64,000 nt of DNA from Octopus sinensis (GCF_006345805.1 NC_043002.1:7254001-7318000), one strand, 5' to 3'. Positions 38,388-51,378 are shown, counted from the stretch's first letter. Notes: generated by a model from the letters alone, not told the origin. Numbers and translations are program-made.

Positions 38388-38630
38388 GACGGCGAGCTGG
38401 CAGAAATGTTAGCACGCCGGGCGGAACGCGTAGCCGTATTTCGTCTACCGTTACGTTCGGAGTTCAAATTCCGCCGAGGTCGGCTTTGCTTTTCATCCTT
38501 TCGGGGTCGATAAATTAAGTACCAGTTACGCACCAGTGCGTAACTGATACTTAATGTAATCGACTTAATCCGTTTGTCTGTCCTTGTTTGTCCCATCTGT
38601 GTTTAGCCCCTTGTGGGTAGTAAAGAAATA
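38388..38630 (+). mobile_element. Family A SINE (type-1 tail) with internal inverted duplication
   Basis: Full head, core and tail; hairpin at 38514-38555. Confidence 0.92.
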
Positions 38631-38663
38631 TATTATAGAAGTAGTTGCTTTTGCGATTGATGA

Positions 38664-38711
<48 letters not shown>

Positions 38712-39208
38712 AAGCAGCGGCAGAAAGAGGAGGAGACTTGGTAAAAATTGAAGTTCATATGCAGTTGTGGTGTATTAGTTGTTGCTGTTGTTCAGCTAAA
38801 TTAGATAAGGATGTCAGCGACCTTAAACTAGAAGGTATACGAAAGACCAATAGCGACAGCGACAACAAGAACAAATTAAGTTAGAGAGAGAAAGAAAGAG
38901 AGAGAAAGGGGGAAATTAGAGAGCGGCGGGAGAGCGGAAATGAATGAGGACCAATAAACGTGAATGAGTTATAAATATTAAAACTAGAAATACATCTCTA
39001 TAATAGTAAAATAAAATCATTGAAATAATTAAGTACTTGTCCAAAAACACAGCTCGAGGGGATGTGTGTGTGTGTGTGGTGTGTGTGTGTGTGTGTATGT
39101 GTGTGTGTGTGTGTATGTGTGCGTGTGTGTGTATATGTGTGTGTATGTGTGTGTGTGTGTGTGCGTGTGTGTGTATGTGTGTGTGTGTATGTGTGCGTGT
39201 ATATGTGT

Positions 39209-39240
<32 letters not shown>

Positions 39241-39706
39241 CTGTGTGTGTGTGTGTATGTGTGTGTGGAATATTTATTTCTGGTTTTATTTCATTTTGCT
39301 TTCTCGTTACTGCAACCACAATAATTAAATTTACTTGTATTTAATCTAATAATAGCGAAATTAATTGGTTGCTGCTTATTTTTGTTGTTGCTTTTGCTGT
39401 CATCATTATTATTATTGTTGTTGTTGTTGTTGTTGTGAATAATAATGATGATGATGATGTATAACATCCCTAAGCGCCTTATTCGAATCGTAGGGGCTGA
39501 GCAAACGATATATTCAGCATATGGATATGTATCTCTCTACAGTGTGTGTGGTGTATGCGTATGTAGTAAACTGCAGAGTTGCCTCTGGGTACGAGATTTA
39601 AGTACGAAAAGCACAAAAGTAAATTTTCACATGAACCAAAAAGTACCAACTTTTCAAACAAGTTATGAACATGCATACACACATATGAACGCGTGTATAT
39701 ATATAT

Positions 39707-39785
<79 letters not shown>

Positions 39786-40322
39786 TACATACATACAGAC
39801 ACACATATATATACACACACAAACTCTCATACACTCACACATATTTATTAATAATTATTGGCGCTTAGGAAGGAACGATTAAAATTGAATTACATCCTCC
39901 ATATCCAGACAAGTTATTCTACAGTGAAGATATGCAAAACAATGTAAAGATTTAACACCTGAGATTCCGATATCAGATATATGCACACCTGAAATGCATA
40001 AAACCAATCTGTCAATCATTAGGTGAAGCAAGTACTTACATACACGCGAAGAGATTCAGAGATGTTTTAAATGCTTTGCCAATAGGTAACATATCGTCTC
40101 GGATTTTAAAAATCCGAAATGTCTCGAAGAAAATTTATATTGCACGCACGCACACGTGCGCGCACCCACACATACAAATAAAAATAACTAAAAACACAAA
40201 CGCTAATAAATATACATCATATATGTTAGATAGATAAACTAGATAGATAAACAGAGAGAGAGAGAAAGAGAGATAGACAGACAGATAGATAGATAGACAG
40301 ACAGACAGATGGACAGGCAAAC

Positions 40323-40353
<31 letters not shown>

Positions 40354-40366
40354 TGGACAGGCAAAC

Positions 40367-40421
<55 letters not shown>

Positions 40422-42299
40422 ATATTGTCTGAAAAGATACGTGTCAGTGAGTATACGTGAGTGCGTGTGTACATACGCACGCAGAGTACGGTCTATATAT
40501 ATGTGCGTGTGAGCTCTGTCTCGTTACGTGAAAAAACGGGACTCAGCTACATTGTATAATAAAGTGATCGCTAAAATAAAGAAAAGACTGAAATAATTAG
40601 CTTGTTGAAAATGATCAACTGATCAACTAAAAAACTGAAAGCGGTGCTCCATGCTGGTAAGCATCTTCTCTCTGTCTCTGTCTGTCTGTCTGTCTACACG
40701 TATTTGTAGGCATATACACACACGTATACATACACATAGACAGACATATTTAAGCAGACGTGTGTACGTTAGCATTTGTTATATTGCACTTCAATATTTC
40801 ATGAACTCTAGATCAAAGAGTTTCCTAGCAACTTTAACTTCAAATGCATCATCTACATATGATACCATAAATTGCACACCTGTTACTTGTATTTCAAAAT
40901 CAAATAATACTTTATTTACAATACAGGTTAATGGAATAGTTAAATTTTCGCTATTGAATGGCCGACAATAGTCACACGGGTACGAGCGTCAAGAGTTCAT
41001 ACCTTAAAAAATCATATCTGTCTAATAGCATACATGTGTTTTGAGAGCCAGTTCCTCAAATGAATGTGTGTGTGTGTGTGTGTGTGAAATAAAACAGGAA
41101 GTTGGGAAATATTATGGTATTATTTATCCACCATTACACATGTTTCATTTGCTAACAGGAATCACATACATACATACACACATATGCATACATACATACA
41201 TACATACATACATAAACACACACATACATACATAGACATGTGTGTGTTTGTTCGTGAGAAAAAGACTTTCGCAAATCGGCGTTAAGTGATGGATTTCAAC
41301 AGCTATTCTTTAAATGCTGTTCAGGAGCAAAAAGTGCCAGATAGCTTGTCTTTCTTGTTCCGTTCCGTTTGGCACAACACTAGATGCGCATCAAGTAACT
41401 AGTCTGTCAGTCCTAATAAAAAGAATTAATGTGATTAAATGCTAAGATAAGTAACCGAGGAAAGACTGTTTACAGTTGAATACCCATCCCTGATTCGATC
41501 ATATCATACGTAATTACACACTGGTTAGCTGAACTTGTTTTCACATTTATTAGAAAATCAAAAGCTATGCAAATTGAATTATTAAAATATAACAGATTGC
41601 TAAAAGGGAACCGTGACAGAAACGATACCAGAAGTCGTACACACCTAAGTCAAATGGTTTTTGCAGTAGTTTCGCCATTTTATATTTTCAATGTAATTCA
41701 GATTTTCTATTCCTCACTGGATGGTCGATAAAAAACGTACCAGTCAGATACTGGAGCAAGATTTAATCGACTCCTCTCGGAAATTGTGATTTCATGCAAA
41801 TATCAAAACCTTGATATCAAGCAGAAATTAAATTAACAAAAAATCTAAAATTTAACTCACTCCAAAAAGGTACACAAAAAGAGTCACTTCTAAGATAAAT
41901 ACCTGAAACCATAGGTTAAGTAAATGAACAATATTTTGACATCAGTTGCTAACAATATACGACTTGTACGCAATAATAGTACAGTTTACATAGCGCATCA
42001 CATATATATATCTGCCCAGTTGAAGAAATCAGAATTTAACAGGAGTCTTAAGTTTAGACTGCCACGGGTAAAATACTTTGAATTTGTAGAAATGGAAGTT
42101 ACAAAGCCTGTTTGTGATTATTCGTTTTTTTAAATTCTTCCTGTTTCTTTTTAAGTTAAGTTATAAAACTATGTGTGGGCATTTTGCGAAGATTTCATTT
42201 TCGAGATTGAGTCACTTCGGCTGAACTGAATTTCCTCAATTCTTATTGATTAATATAGCACAATGCACGCGCACATATGCACACTTACACATTATATAT

Positions 42300-42480
42300 T
42301 CCTTGATTGCACCTGCGAAGGCTATTGACGTCTCATTTGCATAAGGCCAAACTAATGAAAGGGCAAGGGCAATTATATGCCTTTGTTATAAGACAGTAGG
42401 CTGTCATCTGAGGGCTTGTGGGCTGCTACTGCTTCCAGTAGCTTGAGCAACCACATAGAGGTCTTCTTGTTAACGGTGAA
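42300..42480. promoter_or_regulatory. Candidate enhancer (CRE-like and octamer composite)
   Basis: TGACGTC (42326-42332) directly followed by ATTTGCAT (42335-42342) in unique sequence. Motif-based inference only. Confidence 0.2.
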
Positions 42481-42682
42481 TGTCCCGAGCTAAGGAATAC
42501 ATAAAATTAATATATTCCTTTCCATTTGAATCATTCGCTACGTCATCATCTCAATTGTTAAAGATTACAGTTTATTTTTAATTATCGGTAGCCATTCAGC
42601 TGATAATCCACCCATGACCTTAACTATGACATTAGTATATTGCTCTTTAAGCCCCATAATACTGTGTTCTTTACAATAGTAT

Positions 42683-42718
<36 letters not shown>

Positions 42719-43690
42719 ATATAGATGTACACATCACTTTCCTCACTAGTACAGGTAAGGATTCAGTTCCCTTTTTCACAAGCGCACACACACGCAAGCA
42801 CAAATATACACACAGAGTATTATATATATATAGTTTATAGTATTGAACTATGAGAAAATGATATAGGGGCCTGATGATTGGGGTTATATTTTAAGAATGG
42901 TTTCAGCAAAACATAGAGTGGTTTAGGAACCGGGAAATGTACCTCATGAAACACGTGTAGCCAAGTTATAAAATAGTAGGTATTTAAAACAAAAATTCTT
43001 TTTTATATGGTGAGATGAAGGGGCCTACTATCTCTAAATGAATATAAATGTGTATATATATATATATATATAAAAGGATGTGTGAGTGTGTGTGTGGAAT
43101 GCTAGGTGAACGTGTAATACGTTTTTAATTCCCGTCACCATTGTCAAAAATGCAGCATCTGGTCAAATTTATTCCGAATGGTAACATATGTATTAACTGT
43201 TGCCCTCATGGATGAATAATCTTTTACAAATATGACTTCTGTTTCTGGTTTGTTTGTTTGCTCTTGTTTGTAGATTTTATCAACGTCATTTTATTTTTAT
43301 TTTTTTATTTTTACTTCGTTCACTTTTGTAGTCTCATATGACCGCGCACCCAACTCACAACCATCTACGCAACGTTTATTGATTTTTGTTTGTTCTTTCT
43401 TTTTTATTTTCACTTACGTTTCTGATTTGGAAAATGATAAGCAAAAACATTTAATAATAGAAATATTAATTTTTCTGAAGTAGAAAAAAAATATATAATT
43501 AAAAAATTTCAACACTGAAAAATATAAGAAATATGAATGAGAGAGATACTGGGTTTAAAGTGGCATGTGCACCGGTAGGAAAACGTACGTAAGAAATTTG
43601 CTTAGCCTCCACGTAGTCCCCTGTTGAAACCCAATGAGTGGGCAAGAGCGTTCTAATGCTGCTAAGCATTTTGCCTGCCTTAACAATAAT

Positions 43691-44094
43691 CCTTTCTACG
43701 ATAGGCACAAGGCTTGAAATTGTTGGGGAAGGGATAAGTGGATTACATCGACCCCAGTGCATAACTGGTACTTAATTTATTGACCCGGAAAGGATGAAAG
43801 GCAAAGTCGACCTCGCTGGAATTTGGACTCAGAAGGTAATGACAAACAAAACGCCGCTAAGCATTATGCCCGACGTGCTAACGATTCTGCCAGCTCCCCG
43901 CCTTAATAGTAATAATCATTTCTACTAACGGTACAAGGCCTGAAATTTGTCGGGAGGAGACTAGTCGATAACATCAACCCTAGTGTTTCACTGGTACTTA
44001 ATTTATTACCCCGAAAGGATGAAAGGTAAAGTCAACCTCAGCAGAATTTGAACGTAAAACGTAAACAAGAACGAAATGCCGCCAGCTCGCAGCC
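43691..44094 (-). mobile_element. Tandem pair of family A SINEs
   Basis: Copies at 43691-43902 and 43919-44094 (the second internally deleted), separated by an AAT-rich spacer. Confidence 0.85.
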
Positions 44095-44297
44095 AATTAA
44101 TATTGATAATAATAACCTTAATCACAATCGGCAGATGCACACATTTGCCAATGAAACTGAAATGTTTTTCATTATTACTGAACTTCACATTACTGATTGC
44201 TCAAACGTCTGAATATTTGCTAACGTGAAATTCGGAGTTCAGTTACAATTTACGAAGCTTCACATCCTAATAAATATACACAAACTCTTTTACATAT

Positions 44298-44748
44298 TCA
44301 AGGAAGAAAATGCTAAAATAATTTTATAAAAAACATTTCAGAACCGGTTTCGGTCATTGAGACCTTTCCAACTGTAAGTATGGAAAACAAATTTCGGAAA
44401 AATTAAATGTTGGAAAATTTAAATGCAACATTTTTTTAAAAGAGTATTTGTATAGTATTCAAATACAAGGGGCATTTTCCTTGTTTCTTCCCGTCTCTCT
44501 GTCTCTTGTAGGTTCGAGGTCAACCCATAAGAGTAAACAAGAAACACAGAGACAGTAAGAAACAAGGAAAATGCCCCTTGTATTTGAATACTATACAAAT
44601 ATTCTTTTAAAAAAATTTTGCATTTAAATTTTCCAACATTTAATTTTTCCAAAATTTGTTTTCCATACTTACAGTTGGAAAGGTTTCAATGACCGAAACC
44701 GGTTCTGAAATGTTTTTTATAAAATTATTTTAACATTTTCTACCTTGA
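44298..44748. repeat. ~450-bp foldback (long inverted repeat, arms >200 bp)
   Basis: TCAAGGAAGAAAATGCTAAAATAATTTTATAAAAAACATTTCAGAACCGGTTTCGGTCATTGA... is the reverse complement of the right arm ending ...TTTTAACATTTTCTACCTTGA with few mismatches; centre near 44515-44521. Confidence 0.95.
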
Positions 44749-44789
44749 CAGCGAAATTTATCTCAGATCACCCCTTCTTCGTTTCCTTC

Positions 44790-45170
44790 AGTGTTAGCGA
44801 CACTGAGCAACCACTTTAGTTATCCTCGAAAATATCCTTGGAACTATGCACGCAAAACAGTAGCCATGGTTTCGTCACTAAGGTGAGAGGCGGCTGTTGC
44901 TGATATTGATGCTGCCCCTGGTTCGGACCACCGCACTCTCTTTTTCTTTTTGTTCCCTTCTTCTGGGCAGATAGGCTTCAAGTATTTTTGCCACCATACG
45001 AGTAGCACCTGGGCCTTCTGCTTTGTGTCACCTATTTGCTTGACTTATTCTCTAATTCCTCAATAGAGAATAGCTTCATTGTAGTCTTGCCGTCATTGAA
45101 GATTATCAAGAGCTACTTGTCTCTGAAGACTCGACCTGACCACATGTTGCAGCGAGGTGCAAGCAGATTT
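44790..45170 (-). mobile_element. Possible degenerate LINE ORF1 (gag-like zinc knuckle) remnant
   Basis: GC-richer island. With one frameshift reads VTQSRRPRCYSYGGK(N)YLKPICP, a decayed CX2CX4HX4C-like knuckle. Inference only. Confidence 0.35.
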
Positions 45171-45179
45171 TATTAACTC

Positions 45180-45570
45180 CAGTGATCAACCGGTACTTAT
45201 TCTATCGATACAGGGCGGTGAGATGGCAGAAACTTTAGCACGCCGGGCGATATGGTTAGCAGTATTTCGTCTGCTGCTACGTTCTGAGTTCAAATTCCGC
45301 TGAGGTCGACTTTGCCTTTCATCCTTTCTGGGTCGATTAAGTAAGTACCAGTTAGGCACTGGGATCGATGTGATCGACTTAATCCGTTTGCCTGTCATTG
45401 TTTAGCCCCTTGTGGGTAGTAAAAAAATAGGTACTTATTTTATCGATACTGACAGGATGAAACACCAAGTCGACCTCAGCGAAATTTTAAAGTCAGAAAG
45501 TAAAAACTCGAAGAAATGCCGCTAAGTATTTTGTCCAACATGATAGCGATTCTTCCGGCTCACCACCTTA
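45180..45570. mobile_element. Nested SINEs: plus-strand family A copy (45212-45429) inside an older minus-strand copy
   Basis: 20-bp TSD GGTACTTATT(C/T)TATCGATAC at 45192-45211 and 45430-45449; the host SINE continues on both sides. Confidence 0.88.
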
Positions 45571-46492
45571 ATTATAATAATTATCATTGCTCACTTCGGA
45601 TATGAGATCACCAATTTTGGTTAATGATCGTAATCGATGAAACAGGTATTTTATTTTATCGATCTCGGACGGTTAGAAATCACGCGTTTCGGAGACTTGT
45701 CCATCTTTTAAAAGAAAATGGCAGGGTTGCTAAAGTGAAAGATACGGTTGACTTATGCGGGATTTAAACTCAGAATGTAAAGGACGATAACTAAATATCT
45801 CCAGTCACTTATATCGATGGTCCACCGATTCTGACATTTATTGATATTCAATCCAGTGGGAGCCTATATATTATGTATTCGACCTGCTAGAGTTGGTTAT
45901 CAAAATCCCGCTAAATCATTCCCTGCTCTCTTAAATAAATAAAAGAGCACTAGATTGTGTAGTCCGACATTAACGTAAAAGACAGTATGGTCACGGTTGG
46001 AGTGCATTTGGACATCAGTCTTCACAAAGTTTAACCTGGAGCTAAACAATGATAGCAACGAAAGCAATGTCGACCATGACATATCCTAAGTGAAACGAAA
46101 CAAACGAGTGACAATATTACTATGCGTTGTTACAATATTTCTATGCCTTGTTACAATATTACTATGCGTTGTTACAATACTACTATACGTCCACGCTGAT
46201 AAATATCCAAGGAGCAGAGTATTGTTAACAAGCTCTTTGATTTGGCAGGAGAAAAATCAGAAGAGACAATTCAAAATATAAAACAACGTAATTTGTGCAT
46301 GTTAGAAATGCAGTCTTATCAATATATTTTTAGAAATAACGTTTTATTTTTCTTTCTTTTTTGCTTATACTGTGAATTTTTCTTTTATCTGACTACATGT
46401 CAGTGAAAAGTGGTTATTAAAATAACTAGGCTACAAGTATAGGCAAACAAATAAAACTTTCATTCTGCTCACGCAAACACGGATTGGTGTTT

Positions 46493-46532
<40 letters not shown>

Positions 46533-46989
46533 AAACACCAAATATATATATGTATGTATGTATGTATGTATTTGTGGAAAGCAAAAAAGAAATGTGGTGA
46601 AAAGCGACTTAAGATTTTGTAAATAAATTCTAATAAATAAAGAAAACAACTGCATCTGAAATATAAATTTAAGAAAATATTTATATTTCAAGAAATGAGA
46701 AAAAAAAAGGGCGGGGAGAGAAAATAGAGAGTAGAACTCCAACAACTTTTATTTAATAAAATATATAGCAGAAACAACGAGAAGAGATAATGTCACGTGA
46801 GAATCAATATAAAGAAAATCTGTACAAATTTATAATTTAAAAAAAGTATAATACATTCCTTGATTTGCAGACGATGTTCTCTTAATTTCATTTAAAATTC
46901 AGAGCAATTTTACCCGAGAATAACTTTTTTGAAATTGCTAAAATTCATTTTAATCTAACACTCACGTATCCAATATTCGCATGCATGTA

Positions 46990-47571
46990 TGTATATATGT
47001 ATGTATGTATGTATGCGTAAACATATGCATATATCTATCTATATATATCTTATATATATATATATATATATAATATTATATATATATATATTATCTATCT
47101 ATATATATATATATATATATTATATCTATATATATACTATATCTATATATATTATATATATATATATATAGATATATATATATTATATATATATTATATC
47201 TATCTATATATATATTATATATATATATATATATATCTATATTATATATATATATATCTATCTATATATATGTATATATCTATATCTATCTATCTATATA
47301 TCTATATCTATCTATATAATATATATATATATTATATATTATATATATATATAATATATCTATATCTATTCTATATATATCTATATCTATCTATATATAT
47401 ATATCTATATCTATATATCTATCTATATCTATATCTATTATCTATATATCTATCTATCTATCTATCTATATATATCTATATATATATATATATCATCTAT
47501 ATATATCTATATCTATATATCTATCTATCTATATATATCTATATCTATATATCTATCTCTATATATATATA

Positions 47572-47614
<43 letters not shown>

Positions 47615-47775
47615 CTATATATACCTATCTATATCTATAATATATATATCTATCTATCTATCTATATCTATATATATTCTATATATATCTAATCTATCTA
47701 TCTATCTATCTATAATCTATATATAATATATATTATATATATATATATATATACATATATATACATATATATATA
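46990..47775. repeat. ~780-bp TA/TCTA low-complexity tract
   Basis: Directly visible; the plus strand is almost devoid of G after about 47030. Confidence 0.95.
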
Positions 47776-49003
47776 CACGCAACTATATCTCTATACAATA
47801 CAATAATAGCGGATATAAATTTTGGTTGGTTGGTTGGTTCTTTTCTTTAGCCATGCTTTACAACGAATAGAGAGAGGAGGTGCGAGAATAATTGAAAGAG
47901 AGGGAATTCATACAAGAGGAGAGGGATGAGTACACATAGTAGGCTTGATAGCAGGTAATGGGCAAAGGAACGTTACTCCACACAATGAGAAAGAATCATA
48001 AAGGAGGGGAGAAGAGGCAAATAATAAGGTAGTTATGGAAAAACATATACAACTGAGTAATTTGTTTCAGTTAAATCCATGTTAGCTTTCCCTTTTAAAA
48101 ATTGGTATTCAAATCATCATATTGAATAAGCACCAAGAAATTAAGTAAATGTTGATTATAATTATTGCATGTATACCATGTTTCCTGATATAACCCATAG
48201 CGGCGAAGGGTATACATCCAAAGTTACTTGACGTAAGACGGTTAAATGAAGAATTTGTCTTGTAGGTTGATTACTATAGCCTTCTTCGTCTTCGTTGTTC
48301 AAATACATGCCCGATTTCGTTTCACTTATGCAAATTTCGTAGGCCCTAAGTGTCTTGCTTGTTGATGAGATTGTTAAGTCAGAAATACACGTTCACAGTC
48401 GCCTTCTAGTCTACAGAATATATTTTCCCTAATGTCAGATCAGTATTAGAGAATCCCTACTTCTTGCGATTGTCTCGTTTTTCTCATTTGGAGAATTGTT
48501 ACAATGCTATTTGTCTACTCTCTGAGGAAGCTAAGATACTTTCTGAAAGACAAATCTTGTATGTTCTTTCACATTATCTTATTGTTCAAATACATATCAC
48601 TAGATACTGAGTTATTTTTCTTAGCTCATTTTTATTTCTCACACACACGCATACACACACACACACAAACATTATATATACACACTCTCAAATCGATATA
48701 CATGTGATTTTGTGAGTCAAAGTTCATCTTCCAATGTTCAAATATCTGTGAGATTTTCATAACAAATGCACTCACCATAAGTTATACTCACAAATACTTG
48801 GCATACATAAATAGGGGAAAACAAAAATGCCGAGTCAGATTATTCTTATATACAGTGGCTTTTTCAAACTAATTACTATTTTGTGACAAGGGATATAATT
48901 TTGTCAAAATTTTAGCCACAGATCAGTCCCATCCTGCAGTTCTAATGATAAAAGTCATCTAGCTATGAAAATATGAGGATGTATCAAGAACTAGCAATAT
49001 ATA

Positions 49004-49035
<32 letters not shown>

Positions 49036-49128
49036 CTTTGATAGGTTTCGGCCATTATTGGCCCAGGCCATGTCTAACTTAATAGCACCACCTGGTAAAC
49101 ATGCGTTCCCATGCCGGGAATCGAACCC

Positions 49129-49510
49129 GAGTGGCTGTGCGGTGGCAAATATTTATGAAATAAAGTAGCTTGCTTATCAACCACATGGGCAAGTGTCTTC
49201 TACTATAACCTCGGGCTGACCAAAGCCTTGTGAGTGGATTTGATAGACGGAAACTGAAAGAAGCCCGTCGTGTATATGTAGATATATATATGTATATATG
49301 TGTGTGTATATGTTTGTGTGTCTGTGTTTGTGCCCCCAACATCGCTTCACAATCGATGGTGGTGTGTTTACGTCCCCGTAACTTAGCGGTTCGGCAAAAG
49401 TGACCGATAGAATACATACTAGGCTTCCAAAGAATAAGTCCTGGGGTCGATTTGCTCGACTAAAGGTGGTGCACCAGCATGGCCGCAGTCAAATGACTGA
49501 CACAAATAAA
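49129..49510 (+). mobile_element. CORE-type tRNA-derived SINE (family B), rearranged head
   Basis: GAGTGGCTGTGCGG...AAGTAGCTTGCTT...GGGCAAGTGTCTTCTACTATA...GGAAACTGAAAGAAGCCCGTCG...CCAGCATGGCCGCAGTCAAATGACTGA; lacks the B-box segment present in the 50961 copy. Confidence 0.88.
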
Positions 49511-49511
49511 G

Positions 49512-49546
<35 letters not shown>

Positions 49547-50088
49547 GTCATTTTGTCATTTAAGATGGTTGATTGTGGTTAGGATTATTTCACTACAATT
49601 TGCCGAAAGCTCAGCAACCACGGAGGCTCTTTCGTTGACTCATCAGAGTGTTAGCTGGTCAATGACATCAGTCTTATTTTTGATTATATCTTACATTAGT
49701 CATATATTTCGTCATATCATAAGTCGTATAGTTGATCATATATTTTATATTTAGATGGTTAAATAGTCAAGTCTGTTTTGGTTCTATTCCTATAATAGCA
49801 AAGTTAGCCGACGTCCAAGCCAACCATGACCATCTTGTCTCTTACTCAGTATTTCTATAACTACTACTTTATTTCGTGTCCTTATTTCTAGGACGATAGA
49901 ACACATTTTAAAATAAGGCAATAATTCATTCTCAAACGATAACCATCATAAAAACACGTGGCAGAGATTTACTGTTTTAATTATACAAGTACACATTGTA
50001 CGCACAGATACACAGACACATATATATTATATATATGTACAGGCATATATGTATAGATACATAAACACACACACACACACACACACAC

Positions 50089-50148
<60 letters not shown>

Positions 50149-50475
50149 ATGTATCTATACATATATGCCTGTATATATATGTGTACATATATGTGTGTAT
50201 GTGTACATATGTGTGTGTATGAGTGTTATGTGTGTGGCGAGAGAAGGAGAGAAAGAGAGGGTGAAACACAGAGCAGTAAACTGAGTAACAAAGAAAAGAG
50301 CGAACATATAAGGAGTATGTGTAAGTTTGTGTCACTTTGGACTTGTCGAAATGCGTATATGTATGTGCTCAATACAGATTATTCTATTTTGACTTTTTTT
50401 TACTACTATCATCATTACCATAATCATCATCATCATCATTATTATTATTATTATTATGATTTGTAGTAGTAGTTT

Positions 50476-50520
<45 letters not shown>

Positions 50521-50960
50521 CAGCCACATCAGCAGCAGTAGTAGTAGTAGTAGCAGCAGCAGCTGTAGTAGTAGCAATAAATAGTAGTAGTAGTAGTAGT
50601 AGTAGTAGTAGAAGTAGCAGCAGCGGCAGCAGTAGCACTAGTAGTTAATTTTGTTGTTGTTAGGAACACATTTGCGTAATTATTTTCAGAAATATCTAAA
50701 AACAAAATGACCTCCAGAAATAGAAAAAAACCTGTTGTTGACGTCATAATATCAGCAACCAGCGCCGACACGAGAGGCAAGTGATGAAATTAAGTACAGC
50801 AAACAAACCTAAACACATGGTTTTTCTTATGAAGGAAGGATTGTCTCGAAAAAAAAAGACCAAGCAACTTCACTCTATTTGTTTCGCTATCTTCAAGATG
50901 AAGGCCAATGTGTTATTGGGGTTGAGTATAATAGAGCTTCCCAGGCGGGATGTCAGAAGA

Positions 50961-51378
50961 AGGCGCAGGAGTGGCTGTGTGGTAAGTAGCTTGCTTACGA
51001 ACCACATGGTTCCGGGTTCAGTTCCCACTGCGTGGCACCTTGGGCAAGTGTCTTCTACTATAGCCTCGGGCCGACCAAAGCCTCGTGAGTGGATTTGGTA
51101 GACGGAAACTGAAAGAAGCCCGTCGTATATATGTATGTATATAAATATATATATGTGTGTGTGTTTGTGTGTCTGTGTTTGTTCCCCCATGATCGCTTGA
51201 CATCCGATGGTTGTGTGTTTACCTCCCCGTAACTTAGAGGTTCAGCAAAAGAGACCGATGGTATAAGTACTAGGCTTACAAAGAATAAATCCTGGGGTCG
51301 ATTAGCTCGACTAAAGGCGGTGCTCCAGCATGGCCGCAGTCAAATGACTGAAACAAGTAAAAGAGTAAAAAGAGTAAA
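50961..51378 (+). mobile_element. Full-length CORE-type tRNA-derived SINE (family B; probably the octopus OR-type)
   Basis: A box GTGGCTGTGTGG, B-box-like GGTTCAGTTCC, CORE-like ACCTTGGGCAAGTG, internal (TA/TG)n, LINE-like 3' tail with CAGTC-AAAT-GACTG hairpin (51337-51350) and (GTAAAAGA)-like end. Confidence 0.92.

Noticed and set aside
50332-50780. Poly-Leu/Thr/Ser ORFs as a low-complexity protein exon
   Set aside because: Mosaic of (CAT/TAT/TAG/CAG)n repeats without splice signals or unique coding flanks.
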